Numbered from the stretch's first letter, positions 27,502 to 38,464 are shown. The stretch is 64,000 bases of DNA from Candidatus Heimdallarchaeota archaeon (GCA_020353515.1 CP070695.1:1524284-1588283), one strand, 5' to 3'. Numbers and translations are program-made. The notes: generated from the sequence alone by a model not told the origin.

Positions 27502-29220
27502 CTAATTAGATATTGATTCATCGCGGAGAGCTCTTTTGAGTACTTTACCAACAGTCGTGAGAGGTAATTCCTCACGGAACTCCCATAATGTGGGTTTTTC
27601 ATATTTAGACAAATTCTCTATAGCAAAAAACTTAATATCTTCTGTTACCTCGTAAGTTGGTTTAACTCCCTCTTTTAACTTAACAAAAGCCTTGACAATC
27701 TGGCTTCCAGGACGATTTGGATCATCTAAACCAATAATTGTTGCTAATTCAATATCAGGATGTTTAGAAAGAACATCTTCAACATGGACACTAAACACTT
27801 TGTAACCACTGATGATCAACATATCCTTAATTCTATCAACAATTTGAATATACCCATCGTCGTCCATGACACCAATATCTCCAGTATGGAACCACCCATC
27901 GTCTATTGCCTTTTCTGTAGCTTCTTGATCATTAAAATATCCACGAGTAATTGTTGATCCTTTAATTAATATTTCACCTGGTTCTCCAGTATCTATTTCA
28001 TCTCCAGTTTCAATATCAACTAATTTGACATACGTATCGGGAAGAGGTAATCCTATTTTTCCTACCTTTTTCTTTCCAAAGAAGGGATTAGAGATATTTG
28101 TTGTTGTTTCAGTTAATCCATATAGTTCCATCACTTTATTCTCTGCTTGCATATGCTTTTCAAAATCTCGGATCATTTCTGCAGGAAAAGGTGCTGCCGC
28201 CGAAATATAAACCGTAACATTCTCTAAAACGTCCTTTGGAATGTCTTTGGATTTTGGGTTATTCATTACCATCCCGTAAAGAGTGGGGACATTTCCTAAT
28301 ATTGTGGGTTTTTTTTCAATCATAGATTTAATAAAATGGTCAGAATCTCGCGGATTCGGGATCAGAATCTGACTAGATGCTACCCAAACCGCTTGGGTCA
28401 CCACAATTAATCCACCAATATGGAAGGCGGGGAAAGCTGATAGAGCCACTTCTTTATCGTCCAATGAACACCAGTGCGTAAATTGAGTATGCATGGCAAT
28501 GATATTACTGTGGGTCAATTCTGCTCCCTTTGGAGTTCCTGTGGTCCCTCCTGTATACTGTAATAAAGCTAAATCATTTTTTACATCAATTTCAACTATT
28601 TTTACATCAGTACTCGTATTTTCCATAATATCTGAGAATTTAATAACTTTTCTTCCAGGCCACTCGTCCACTTTTCCTTTTGGAATTTTTCCAACTAATT
28701 TCCCCATAAAAACAGCAATTTTGCCTAGACCCATATACTCTGAAATATTTGTAGCAATGATGATCTCAAGAGCAGGAATTATATCTAATATCTTCTTCAA
28801 TCGTTTATCGTAAAGAACATCCATAGTAACGATAACTTTACTCCTACTATTATTGAGTTGATAAACGCATTCACTTTCACTTAGGAGAGGATTCAGACCT
28901 GAGGATACAGCACCAATAAGAAGGGTACCAAAGTGAGCAATAAGGTACTGGGGACAATTCGGTAAACAAATGGTTACTACATCGCCTTTTTCCACGCCAT
29001 TTTGTTGTAAAAACGAAGCAAACTTTGTCACATGATCTAAAAGTTCCCTATAGGTGATCTCCCTGTTTATCATCCAACACGCAGGTTTTTCAGGAAATTT
29101 AGCCATTGCACGAGTATAAAGAACACCAAGACTTTCCGTTGGATATTCTAAAGACTTTTTCACATGAGGATCCCATGATTTCATCCAAAGATCAGGAGTA
29201 ATCTTAGGCATATTTCTCAC
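27502..29220 (-). CDS. fadD: Long-chain fatty acid--CoA ligase
   Basis: QYTGGTTGTPKG, YGLTE, WFHTGDIG, VGKVLKR. Confidence 0.88.
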   Translation of the reverse strand: MRNMPKITPDLWMKSWDPHVKKSLEYPTESLGVLYTRAMAKFPEKPACWMINREITYRELLDHVTKFASFLQQNGVEKGDVVTICLPNCPQYLIAHFGTLLIGAVSSGLNPLLSESECVYQLNNSRSKVIVTMDVLYDKRLKKILDIIPALEIIIATNISEYMGLGKIAVFMGKLVGKIPKGKVDEWPGRKVIKFSDIMENTSTDVKIVEIDVKNDLALLQYTGGTTGTPKGAELTHSNIIAMHTQFTHWCSLDDKEVALSAFPAFHIGGLIVVTQAVWVASSQILIPNPRDSDHFIKSMIEKKPTILGNVPTLYGMVMNNPKSKDIPKDVLENVTVYISAAAPFPAEMIRDFEKHMQAENKVMELYGLTETTTNISNPFFGKKKVGKIGLPLPDTYVKLVDIETGDEIDTGEPGEILIKGSTITRGYFNDQEATEKAIDDGWFHTGDIGVMDDDGYIQIVDRIKDMLIISGYKVFSVHVEDVLSKHPDIELATIIGLDDPNRPGSQIVKAFVKLKEGVKPTYEVTEDIKFFAIENLSKYEKPTLWEFREELPLTTVGKVLKRALRDESISN

Positions 29221-29437
29221 AACAATCTTCTAGATTCAACCATAGTTGAAAACTGAGATTGCCAGAAAGTTTTGAAAAGGTCGAATATGAATATTTCGCA
29301 ATAGAACAAATATTGCCTATTCAAAGTTTAAGTTGTTTTTTGCAGCTTTTTTGAAGGTTTTAAGATGAAAGTTGCCCTCATTGAGAGAAAAGGAAAAATT
29401 ATCTGAACTATTTCTACAGCTACTTTATTAGTAATTT

Positions 29438-30466
29438 CTATATCATACCTTGAGCTACTTTTTTATAAAATTCAATATTTTCAGAGATTATCTGCCTTAC
29501 TGGCAAGTGATACGGACATTTATCCTCACATTCCTCACAATGGTCGCATTTACTCCAGCTTTTCACCGAAGGTGGCATCCAGCGATTAAGAAATTCCTCA
29601 CGGGGCCATAACCGCCACATTCCTTTTGTAATCATCAACATTTGAACATGTACTCCTTGTGGACAAGGCTGACACTCCCCACACTGTCTACACAGTGTCT
29701 TGTCTAGTTGTGAATGAGTAGTTTTCATCACTTCTTGGTCTCGAGGTGTAAGCGTCCATGAACCCTTAACAATTTCCACAATCTCTTCGATTTCTGAGAT
29801 TTTTTCGATTCCTGCCACAGGTAAAACACTATCATATTGTAATAAGTATTTTATCGCTATATTTGCATTTTTTATGCTGCCACCTGCAAATGGTTTCATC
29901 GCTACGAATCCCACATCATGTTTTTGGGCTAATGAGATCAATTCATCAGCAGGTTCATTTCTGATAAAGTTAAAAGGAAATAATACTATTGAGAATTCCC
30001 CGGAAGTGATCGCTGTTCGGGCAATTTCTAACGAATGAGTGCTAATGCCGATATGATTTATTTTTCCTTCTTCCAAGGCTTGTTGTGCAGCTTCCATTGC
30101 TCCTCCAGTTTTGAATATTTGCTTAAATGCTGTAGGTGTACTCACATTATGAAACTGCCAGATATCTATATAGTCAGTTTGTAAATTGGTCAGGCTTTTT
30201 TCTAAACATTCATTGGCCATCTCTTTATCTCGCCATCCTGTTTTAGTAGCAATGACTATGTCATCACGATAATCAGGAATAGCTTTTCCTATCCGCTCCT
30301 CACTGGTTCCATAAGCAATTGATGTATCAATATAACTAATTCCTAAATCGAAACAGCGTTGAAGGACCTTTATGGCTGTTTCTTCAGGTGGCCGTTGAAT
30401 GGGAATACCACCAATGCCAATTCTTGAAACGCTGAGGTTTGTTTTTCCTAATCTTATGGTTTTCAT
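29438..30466 (-). CDS. Aldo/keto reductase with C-terminal [4Fe-4S] domain
   Basis: IDTSIAYGTSE, MKPFAGG, CRQCGECQPCP, CDHCEECEDKCP. Confidence 0.9.
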   Translation of the reverse strand: MKTIRLGKTNLSVSRIGIGGIPIQRPPEETAIKVLQRCFDLGISYIDTSIAYGTSEERIGKAIPDYRDDIVIATKTGWRDKEMANECLEKSLTNLQTDYIDIWQFHNVSTPTAFKQIFKTGGAMEAAQQALEEGKINHIGISTHSLEIARTAITSGEFSIVLFPFNFIRNEPADELISLAQKHDVGFVAMKPFAGGSIKNANIAIKYLLQYDSVLPVAGIEKISEIEEIVEIVKGSWTLTPRDQEVMKTTHSQLDKTLCRQCGECQPCPQGVHVQMLMITKGMWRLWPREEFLNRWMPPSVKSWSKCDHCEECEDKCPYHLPVRQIISENIEFYKKVAQGMI

Positions 30467-30515
30467 TACCTATTCCTTCTATGTGCTATTTATGGGATAG
30501 GGGTTATATTTTCCT

Positions 30516-31412
30516 TTATAAACACGTTAATTGTTCTTTCTTTGCCCCTCTATCAATTTCGAGTTGTTTGAAATAACTACTCTTAAAAAAATCTTCATGA
30601 GTAGTAATTGGGAAGTTGGAACGATAATTTGTGATTTCGGTTAAGATTTCAACCGCTTGTTTGTAATCTTGTTGGATATTTCGCTTCATTGCAGGGGAGA
30701 ACATAAGGGACTCAAGAATCCCAAAATACTCTTTCACACGAAGGTTCCATTCACCACGGCTCCTACGATCCAACCTATAGATAATTGGGGTTTCAATCTC
30801 TTTGAATTTGAGTCCCATTTTTGAGACGCAACTCCAAAAGACTAAAGGAAACGCGTATCCTGCATGGTCAAGATTATTTGGAAGGGATTTCACTCTATAT
30901 CCTTTTAATCCACAGAAGGCGTCAGTTAGTTCTAAGTTAAAACATTCATTGATTGTTCTTGTAATTAACATGTTGAGAACATAACGGTCTACTGGAACTC
31001 TTGTATTCTGAGGCCAAAAGCGATAGGAGAGATAACGGCTTGTGGAAACTAGATCGATATCCGAATTAGAATGAAGGCAATACAAGATCTCTTTGATGCT
31101 AAAAAGAGCGTGTTGTAGATCAGCATCAAATGTAATTAAAACATCATAGTTTGATTTTGCGTATTGAAACAGAGTCTGAATTGAACTTCCATAACCCCGA
31201 GGTCCATCCTCATGTCTAAGACATTGGAAGGGGTATTGCCTTGCTAACTCCTGATAGATTTTTCGAGATTTGTCTGTGCTCCCATCATCAACTAGTAATA
31301 CTGTTATTTTATATTCTGAGCATTTTGTAGTTAGAAATTCATAAAGAGAACGAATACACTCAGAAATGTATGCCTGTTCATTATAAAGGGGGATTCCTAT
31401 TAATACTCTCAT
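30516..31412 (-). CDS. Glycosyltransferase family 2
   Basis: IPLYNE, VDDGSTD, FDADLQH, TDAFCGLK. Confidence 0.9.
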   Translation of the reverse strand: MRVLIGIPLYNEQAYISECIRSLYEFLTTKCSEYKITVLLVDDGSTDKSRKIYQELARQYPFQCLRHEDGPRGYGSSIQTLFQYAKSNYDVLITFDADLQHALFSIKEILYCLHSNSDIDLVSTSRYLSYRFWPQNTRVPVDRYVLNMLITRTINECFNLELTDAFCGLKGYRVKSLPNNLDHAGYAFPLVFWSCVSKMGLKFKEIETPIIYRLDRRSRGEWNLRVKEYFGILESLMFSPAMKRNIQQDYKQAVEILTEITNYRSNFPITTHEDFFKSSYFKQLEIDRGAKKEQLTCL

Positions 31413-31444
31413 TGATATGATTTTCTCCAGTTCAGATCACTTTT

Positions 31445-32434
31445 CTAGTCAGGAAGCGTATAAAGAACCGCAAAATCTTCGATTGTTTCTTGTAGTTGTG
31501 CTAGATGAATTGCATTCATTGAATACCCAAAAAATAAGGTACTGATTCTTAAAGGAAGATTCTCCCAACCCCTTTTGAGGCAATCTTTGGCAACCTCAAT
31601 AAGCAATCGTTTCCAGGCTTGGGGATGTTCAAGACGGGTAGCTGATGTTAACCCAATGATTTCAAGACCCTTATCTTTCCCCCTCGTTAGTTTTCTGCGA
31701 TATGGAAGACCTACAGAGACTATCTGGCCATCTTTAAGGATCAGCTTGTTATGATCATCCTTTAGAAAAGTATTTTCAAGGTAGTATTTAGCCTCCTCAA
31801 CACTCGGAAAAACATCCCGTACATAATTATCCGCATGACAGACTTCAATTATTTGGTCAAGATCAACTGTTGTACCTAATCTACATGCATAAGAGGTCAT
31901 CTCATTAGTCATCTCCCAATTAGAAACATCTACTAGATTAAAATCTCTACTATAGACATAGAGGTGTTCTTTTTCAACGAATCTTTTCCTTTGAAAAAAG
32001 GCAATACGTTCATCAGTTGTCGGGGTACCAAATACAACTTCGCCCGCAATAACTTGGGGATGAATAGTGTCCTGTAACCACGTTATTAGTTCATCAAAGA
32101 TTTTTTCTTGGACGTCAAGAGGACACTCCGGTAAAGCCCACGGATAACTGATGATAAATGTCCCTGGTCGTGCTGGCCATTTACTAGTTTGAACATAAGC
32201 TATGAGTTTCTTATCTTCTGTCAAGACATAACGGGCACTTAAAGGATCCCTTTTCTCTCCTTTAAAGCGTCTTTTGATCTCTTCTGCATCTGCAGGAAGT
32301 CCTGACACTTCCGTATAGATTTTTGCTTGTTGTTCTTCTAATCCTTGACCAGGTTCATAATATCGATAAATTAATTTCAACGTTAACCATTCTCCATCAA
32401 TTGTTTGATTTGATGTTTTCCCAGTTAGTGACAT
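31445..32434 (-). CDS. Hypothetical protein, possibly tandem GNAT-like
   Basis: Long clean ORF with a weak two-domain GNAT-like pattern. Confidence 0.55.
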   Translation of the reverse strand: MSLTGKTSNQTIDGEWLTLKLIYRYYEPGQGLEEQQAKIYTEVSGLPADAEEIKRRFKGEKRDPLSARYVLTEDKKLIAYVQTSKWPARPGTFIISYPWALPECPLDVQEKIFDELITWLQDTIHPQVIAGEVVFGTPTTDERIAFFQRKRFVEKEHLYVYSRDFNLVDVSNWEMTNEMTSYACRLGTTVDLDQIIEVCHADNYVRDVFPSVEEAKYYLENTFLKDDHNKLILKDGQIVSVGLPYRRKLTRGKDKGLEIIGLTSATRLEHPQAWKRLLIEVAKDCLKRGWENLPLRISTLFFGYSMNAIHLAQLQETIEDFAVLYTLPD

Positions 32435-32584
32435 TAATTAACAGGTACTGTCAATGATTGTAATCACACTTATTTAATTTACCATTGTGGCTAACCTTTA
32501 AATACTCTCAAATGTTTCTCTAACTTAAAGAAAAGGAATATAAGTCGACGAAGAACCCCCTATTATTTTCATGGATGCCATAGA

Positions 32585-33265
32585 ATGAAAAAAGAAAGCA
32601 AATCGAGCAAAGAAACCTCAGAATATTCTTTTTATCTTACATATAAACCTCAAAATGTGAAGTTAGTATCAAAAGAGGAATTAGATTTAATCAAAGAACA
32701 TTATCTGATTATTTCTGCTTTACGGAATACCGTTATGAGTGTAAAGGATATTCATAATCTCTTTCAAGATCAACAAACAGGAGACTATACTTATACCTTA
32801 AAAACAATTTATCGCCATTTGGAAAAACTAGAAACTGCAGGGATAGTAACAGCTGCAGGTTATCGGGAAAAAAGGGGGACACGATCATGTGAAAAGGTGT
32901 ATTGTAGAACAGCGAAAATATTCTGTCCTGAAATTGAGGAGGAAGACATAGAATGGTGGGAATTAGAAAATGGTGAACATTATGCCCAAATATTTCGAGT
33001 CACATTAGCTGAGCTATTACAAACATCAGAACCAGATAAAGAATCATTTAATAAGCTATTCAAAGAATTAAATTTATTGCAGATCAGAACAAGAAAAGAA
33101 TTATTTGAAAAAGCAAGAAGCAACGAAGAGCTTGCGGACTCTCTTGGCCAACTTGATATTAACAAATTAAATTCCATCGTTGATTTAGCAAGTATCCTTA
33201 AAGTCCTTATACAAGATCCAGATGTGCTTAGTGAAATGAGAAACCTCTTAAACGTGAAAGAATAG
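32585..33265 (+). CDS. Winged-helix (ArsR-like) transcriptional regulator
   Basis: LKTIYRHLEKLETAGIV...EKVYCRTA. Confidence 0.75.
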   Translation: MKKESKSSKETSEYSFYLTYKPQNVKLVSKEELDLIKEHYLIISALRNTVMSVKDIHNLFQDQQTGDYTYTLKTIYRHLEKLETAGIVTAAGYREKRGTRSCEKVYCRTAKIFCPEIEEEDIEWWELENGEHYAQIFRVTLAELLQTSEPDKESFNKLFKELNLLQIRTRKELFEKARSNEELADSLGQLDINKLNSIVDLASILKVLIQDPDVLSEMRNLLNVKE

Positions 33266-33317
33266 TAGATGGTTCATTATAAGCATTTAAGAATCACTGA
33301 TATTTGTTTCAAACCAA

Positions 33318-33830
33318 ATGCCTGTCAATAAACTCTTTCTTGAAACTGTCCTGAAAAGATTTCAATATTTAAAACAGAAGACAGAAAAGGCGATTAATCA
33401 ACTAAACAATGATGAAGATTTTTTTTTCCTGCTTGATCACCACTCAAATAGCATTGCCATCCTAATCAGACATCTTGCAGGGAATATGGAGGCTAGATGG
33501 TCAAATCCTTTCATATCTGATGGTGAAGAATCACGAAATCGTCCTGAAGAATTCAATCGATCCGCCATCATAACAAAAAAGGAGTTAATGCAAATTTGGG
33601 ATAACGGCTGGCAATGTTTATTCAATACACTAAACAATCTAACACCAGCAGATCTAGTAAAGGATATTTACATTAGAGGCAAAAGATATTCGCTTTTAGA
33701 AGCAATCCAATGGCAATTATCTCATTATTCAACACATATTGGGCAGATATTGTTTCTTGTCAAGCATATTAAAGGTGATTCTTGGCTTCCCCTTGATAAT
33801 TTACCTACTTGGGCTCAAAAGAAATCTTAG
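33318..33830 (+). CDS. DUF1572 / DinB-superfamily protein
   Basis: NSIAILIRHLAGNM..RW, R.R..EF, HYSTHIGQI. Confidence 0.85.
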   Translation: MPVNKLFLETVLKRFQYLKQKTEKAINQLNNDEDFFFLLDHHSNSIAILIRHLAGNMEARWSNPFISDGEESRNRPEEFNRSAIITKKELMQIWDNGWQCLFNTLNNLTPADLVKDIYIRGKRYSLLEAIQWQLSHYSTHIGQILFLVKHIKGDSWLPLDNLPTWAQKKS

Positions 33831-33900
33831 TAATCCTGTGTCGTGAAATGTGCTTTATTTCAACAACACCTAATCATGCAATTGGGCTACTTGAACTTAC

Positions 33901-34914
33901 TTACACGAAATATCCTTTCTCTAGATTAGTATCTATTTTTGATAAGACTTTATTGATTTGGGAGACTTTCTTCCTTGAGAGTGGGCCAAATTCCATCGCC
34001 TTGACGTTTTCTTCGACTTGGATCATATTCCTGAAACCTGGAATAGGGATTAACATATCATTTTGAGCCCATATCCAACCTAAGGCTGCTTGTGCGAGAG
34101 TTCGGCCATCATCAATAAGAATTTCATGGATTTCCTCTAAAAGTGTTCGGACTTTCGCTATCCTTCCCTGATCAAATATTATTGAATGTAATAGATGATT
34201 ATTTGGTAATTTTGAATCATCTTTGTATTTACCTGTCAAAATCCCTGAACCAAGTGGGCCTTTTATTAATCCTGCAAGATTAAATCCGTTTATTATTTCT
34301 TCGATCATCCTAAAATTATGAAAAGTAAGGTTATGTTTAAACTGAACGATAGTACAGTGTTTTCCCTTTGCAAAAATTCTTGCACGATTAGGATCATCAG
34401 TACTCCAACCATAATAATGTATCTTCCCCTCTTCAGCTAAATCCTCGAGAGTTGTTAATACTTCAGGAGTTCGTTTGGGATCCATTCGATTCAAATGCAG
34501 CTGATAGAGATCAATGTAATCAGTCTGTAATCGCTTTAAACTATCTTCACAAGACTTTTGTATAAATTTTGGAGTTATTTTCTGCTCAATTACTTGACAG
34601 GGTACTGAAGAAGAGTGAGACGTTTCTTTCCAAGCAAGTCCAAACTTCGTGGCGATAATTACTTCTTCTCTTCTTCCTTTGAGTGCCTCTCCTAATACTG
34701 TTTCACTGTGGCCACATCCATAAATGTTTGATGTATCAAATAAGGTCACTCCTAAATCTAAGCTTCTACGAATGGCTCGAATGGACTCTTTTTTATCAAC
34801 ATCTCCATAACCAAGGGTACGACCGTATTCATCTTTGAACGGCCCACCTATAGCTGCACAACCCAACCCCATTGCACTGACTTGGATTCCACTTCTGCCT
34901 AATGTCCTTTTCAT
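33901..34914 (-). CDS. Aldo/keto reductase
   Basis: FDTSNIYGCGHSE, IATKFG, DYIDLYQLH, PIPG. Confidence 0.9.
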   Translation of the reverse strand: MKRTLGRSGIQVSAMGLGCAAIGGPFKDEYGRTLGYGDVDKKESIRAIRRSLDLGVTLFDTSNIYGCGHSETVLGEALKGRREEVIIATKFGLAWKETSHSSSVPCQVIEQKITPKFIQKSCEDSLKRLQTDYIDLYQLHLNRMDPKRTPEVLTTLEDLAEEGKIHYYGWSTDDPNRARIFAKGKHCTIVQFKHNLTFHNFRMIEEIINGFNLAGLIKGPLGSGILTGKYKDDSKLPNNHLLHSIIFDQGRIAKVRTLLEEIHEILIDDGRTLAQAALGWIWAQNDMLIPIPGFRNMIQVEENVKAMEFGPLSRKKVSQINKVLSKIDTNLEKGYFV

Positions 34915-34982
34915 CCTTTTATCTCACGTTTCGTTATAGCAAATCAAATATATTAAAGGCCTGAAGATAATTTGGGAAATAT

Positions 34983-35204
34983 ATGAAAAAAGATAAATCG
35001 TCGCGTGGAGCTGTATATAAGAATGATTGGAAATATCTTCTTGCAGGATGGTTTGTCATGACTGTAGTGTTGTTTCTAATATATAAATCATCCAACACTA
35101 CTCCTGGACCAAATGATTTCTTTACACTCTTAGGGATATGTCTCTCGAGCTTGTTTGGAATACTCCTTATGTATGAATACTATATTTATCGTCATAGGGA
35201 TTAA
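34983..35204 (+). CDS. Small two-TM membrane protein
   Basis: 73-aa ORF with two hydrophobic helices filling an intergenic gap; T-run follows. Confidence 0.55.
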   Translation: MKKDKSSRGAVYKNDWKYLLAGWFVMTVVLFLIYKSSNTTPGPNDFFTLLGICLSSLFGILLMYEYYIYRHRD

Positions 35205-35251
35205 TATCTAACCACTACTGTTCTTTTTTTTTTAAAAGGAGGAAAGAAAAC

Positions 35252-36106
35252 CTAGGGTCTTCGTTTCCGGGATACTATGAAAAAGAGAACAAGACTGAAA
35301 ACTAAGACTTCTAACTCAAAGCTTGGTGTACCATCAGTAGTAGTTGCTGACGTAGTAGTACCAGTGGGAGTAACATCGATAGTATCACTAATAGTAATGT
35401 TATCAATGGCTGAATCACCGATCCAAGAACCAACCACGAATTGTTCACATGTTGTCGTACCATTGTGAGTAATACTAATGATAGGGGGAGCGGATGAACC
35501 AGTAGCATCAAAAAAGACATTAAATCTTCCGTTTAGAGAACGAGTAATATCAATATGATGAGAACCAGTAATGGATGAGGTGAAAACTTTGGTTTGTAGG
35601 GGATCACCAACCCCACTCCGAAAGAAATTAATGGAATTATCACCAAGAGGGCCCTTACTTCCAGACTGAAGGATTAACCTATACCCAGGCGTAGGAAGAG
35701 CTATTGTTACACCTGTGAGGTTCCTTGGGAAATCATTAATCAAGAAAAATATGTTGACATAGGATTCATGGTCTTCACCAGGTTCGACCATCCAATCAAA
35801 ACTCCACGTTCCATAAGCTACAGTACTGTTCCGATAAGCACTACTCCAAAAATTACCAAAGGAGTCGGAGGGTGAGTTCATTTTGAGAACCCCATCAACA
35901 ACAGCTGGATCGTTAGTAGTGTTTGGTTGAAAACCATTAACATCATCATAAGAATACCCTACGAGTGTCCATTCATCAAACGGAGGATTTTCCCAATCCT
36001 CTTTCCAAACCACCTTAGCAGTTACCTGCGTGAGGGGAAGCAGAAATAATACTCCTAAGGGAAGGATAAAATTTAAGCGGAAAATAGTAAACTTGTTAAC
36101 CGACAT
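35252..36106 (-). CDS. Secreted beta-rich surface protein with PGF-CTERM-like sorting tail
   Basis: Signal peptide, Thr-rich linker, TPSFE + TM helix + RKRRP, several N-x-S/T sequons. Confidence 0.75.
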   Translation of the reverse strand: MSVNKFTIFRLNFILPLGVLFLLPLTQVTAKVVWKEDWENPPFDEWTLVGYSYDDVNGFQPNTTNDPAVVDGVLKMNSPSDSFGNFWSSAYRNSTVAYGTWSFDWMVEPGEDHESYVNIFFLINDFPRNLTGVTIALPTPGYRLILQSGSKGPLGDNSINFFRSGVGDPLQTKVFTSSITGSHHIDITRSLNGRFNVFFDATGSSAPPIISITHNGTTTCEQFVVGSWIGDSAIDNITISDTIDVTPTGTTTSATTTDGTPSFELEVLVFSLVLFFIVSRKRRP

Positions 36107-36338
36107 AATTCCTCAACCTCTTTCCAAATGATAATTGTGTGTTTACAAGAGAGAAAGGAGTTTATAGCCATATATAAATGTAATTACATTTAATCGGTAT
36201 CTTTGGGAGAAATTTTTTTTCGACATTCAATCATAGAATATCATGAACTATGGAGTATGTCCCCTGAAATTTGGAGAGAGTTGATTACCAGTATCGAAGT
36301 GTTTTTATTTAGAAGATATGAGTTCTTGAGGAATACCA

Positions 36339-37151
36339 TTGTATATTAACACACACTTCCATCTAGATGATCCTTGGTTAAAAGGAGACCAAAGACGGCA
36401 AGAAGCAATCCGAGATATTGATAGGAATCATATTGTGACGTTAGCTCAATCCTGTAGTATTGAGTCATATGAGAAAATCCTATCTTATTCCAATCAATCA
36501 AAATATATTTTCCCTTCTTTCGGTATTCTTCCTTGGTATGCCCACGAGTACATTGATCGGATGGAAGAAGTAGCTGAGCTTTGTGAGGAAGCATTGATGT
36601 TAGGCGAGGTTGGACTAGATGAAAGAAATGCAGAGGACAAAACCTGCATTCCTCATCAACGTCCATTATTCAAAATCTTTTTAGAAGCAGCAGAAAAGAA
36701 GAATCTGTTAATGAATCTCCACTTTCGTGGAACTGAAGAAGAAGGACTCAATCTGTTAAAGACATATGATGTCAAGAAGGCAATCTTTCATGCATATTCG
36801 GGTTCTTTAGAATTAATGAACCAAATCACAGATCAAGGATATTACTATTCAGTGGGCCTTTCAAGTCTATTCCTGAATCGGATGAAAAGAAGGGATCTTT
36901 TTGTTGAGAGAGTTAAGAATATTCCCGACGATTTACTGGTAGTAGAAATAGATGAACTTCCAACAATTGAATGGTTCAAAATGGATTTTGAGGTAAGTTC
37001 CACCTTGTTTCCGAAGATAATCAAAGCTATTGCAGACATTAGAAATAGTACTCCAGAAGAAATTAAATCACAATGCCATGAAAATGTCACGAAACTTATA
37101 GGAAATGATTCTAGGTTGATGAATATCGCTAAAATCTTAAAAAAGCATTAG
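36339..37151 (+). CDS. tatD: TatD family metallo-hydrolase
   Basis: NTHFHLD, GEVGLD, NLHFR, IFHAYSG. Confidence 0.85.
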   Translation: MYINTHFHLDDPWLKGDQRRQEAIRDIDRNHIVTLAQSCSIESYEKILSYSNQSKYIFPSFGILPWYAHEYIDRMEEVAELCEEALMLGEVGLDERNAEDKTCIPHQRPLFKIFLEAAEKKNLLMNLHFRGTEEEGLNLLKTYDVKKAIFHAYSGSLELMNQITDQGYYYSVGLSSLFLNRMKRRDLFVERVKNIPDDLLVVEIDELPTIEWFKMDFEVSSTLFPKIIKAIADIRNSTPEEIKSQCHENVTKLIGNDSRLMNIAKILKKH

Positions 37152-37152
37152 G

Positions 37153-37623
37153 ATGGAAGAAGTGATGGACGAGGTCTTGGAAAAAATTCGGACTATTCGA
37201 CAGAGTTGGAGAGATCCTAAAAAGTTAAATCAGTTACTGGATGAATGGGAAAGAGATTTTGGGGATGAATATAGTCAGATGTCAGAGGAGCTAGTAGCAG
37301 AACATACAAGCACCAGCTGGGAGAAAATTGCTTCCCAAAAAGGGCTTTCATCATTAGATGACTTGATCAGTGTTCTTTGGGAACAATGGACTGAAGGAGA
37401 ATTTACTATTGAACGGACGAAAACAGCAGTACAAATCTATTGTACAAAATGTCCAATCGCAGATGCTTACCGGTCTATTAACAAAGAAAAGTATGGCATA
37501 CAATTTCATTGTAGCGAGGATCCTTTCATTGTTAAAGGGTATAATCCAAAAATAACATTCAAGCGTACAAAAACGTTAATGAATGGGGATGAGTATTGTG
37601 ATCATTTTTACTCGTTAGAGTAA
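37153..37623 (+). CDS. L-2-amino-thiazoline-4-carboxylate hydrolase-like (V4R-fold) protein
   Basis: CTKCP, HCSED, RTKTLMNGDEYCD. Confidence 0.8.
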   Translation: MEEVMDEVLEKIRTIRQSWRDPKKLNQLLDEWERDFGDEYSQMSEELVAEHTSTSWEKIASQKGLSSLDDLISVLWEQWTEGEFTIERTKTAVQIYCTKCPIADAYRSINKEKYGIQFHCSEDPFIVKGYNPKITFKRTKTLMNGDEYCDHFYSLE

Positions 37624-37683
37624 AATATGCTTTACATCTAGTTATCAATACTTCTCTGAGACAATTGTGATATATTATATGTG

Positions 37684-38148
37684 CTAAAACAGACCGAACC
37701 GTTTTTTCTTCTTTTTTTCCTTCTTTTTATTCTTGAATTTTTCAAGAAATTTGTTGGGGTCTCCCAATAATTTCTGCATTTCCTGTTGTTTCTTAAGGAG
37801 TGGATTCTCATCAAGATGCTCCATGTTATATTCTAATCTCTCCGATATTTCCTCTGATGAAAAAGGGGTTCCTGTGTCATCCACGATCTCCAATCTGTGC
37901 AGAATATCTTTCAATTTTTCGGGTGGCCCAGTTGGAACCATAATAATCCCTTTGGGGGTATTTACCATGATTTCACTATTTACAATGATAGGTACGCTAC
38001 AATTAGGACACGCTGTTTGGTAATATCCTCCATCTACCAATGTTTGAACCATATCTGGATATAACCATGTTGTGATACTTTCTGGTAACCCAAAATTAAA
38101 CACATGCTCACACTGACATCTGATCGCAATCGAACTGAGTATTGTCAT
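37684..38148 (-). CDS. CpXC-domain protein
   Basis: CQCEHVF...CPNCS; Lys-rich tail. Confidence 0.6.
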   Translation of the reverse strand: MTILSSIAIRCQCEHVFNFGLPESITTWLYPDMVQTLVDGGYYQTACPNCSVPIIVNSEIMVNTPKGIIMVPTGPPEKLKDILHRLEIVDDTGTPFSSEEISERLEYNMEHLDENPLLKKQQEMQKLLGDPNKFLEKFKNKKKEKKKKKRFGLF

Positions 38149-38464
38149 AAGAAATCAGCTTACACACATGTCTTCTAGCTTTATGAAGTACTCTTTGATA
38201 AATTGATCTCAATATAATTATATTATCACTATAAAGTAATGGCTTTGTGATCAATCATTGACCATTTGAGCTATTCAATTTGGAAACGAGAAAAGGTGAT
38301 TGAAACGATTGCAAAAATAAAGAAAAATTAGAAAGAAAAGAAAATTAATGAATCAAATACTTTTGAAGAACCTTCTGGGTAAGTACACATTCGTCATTTT
38401 CAGTTACCTCACAGAAAGGTTTATAAGAACAGAAATCAAAAGGTTAACAATAATGTGTTAAAGA

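Noticed and set aside
38149-38464. Possible gene fragment or mobile remnant in the spacer before the LRR gene
   Set aside because: Only short A-rich frames with no recognisable similarity or terminal repeats
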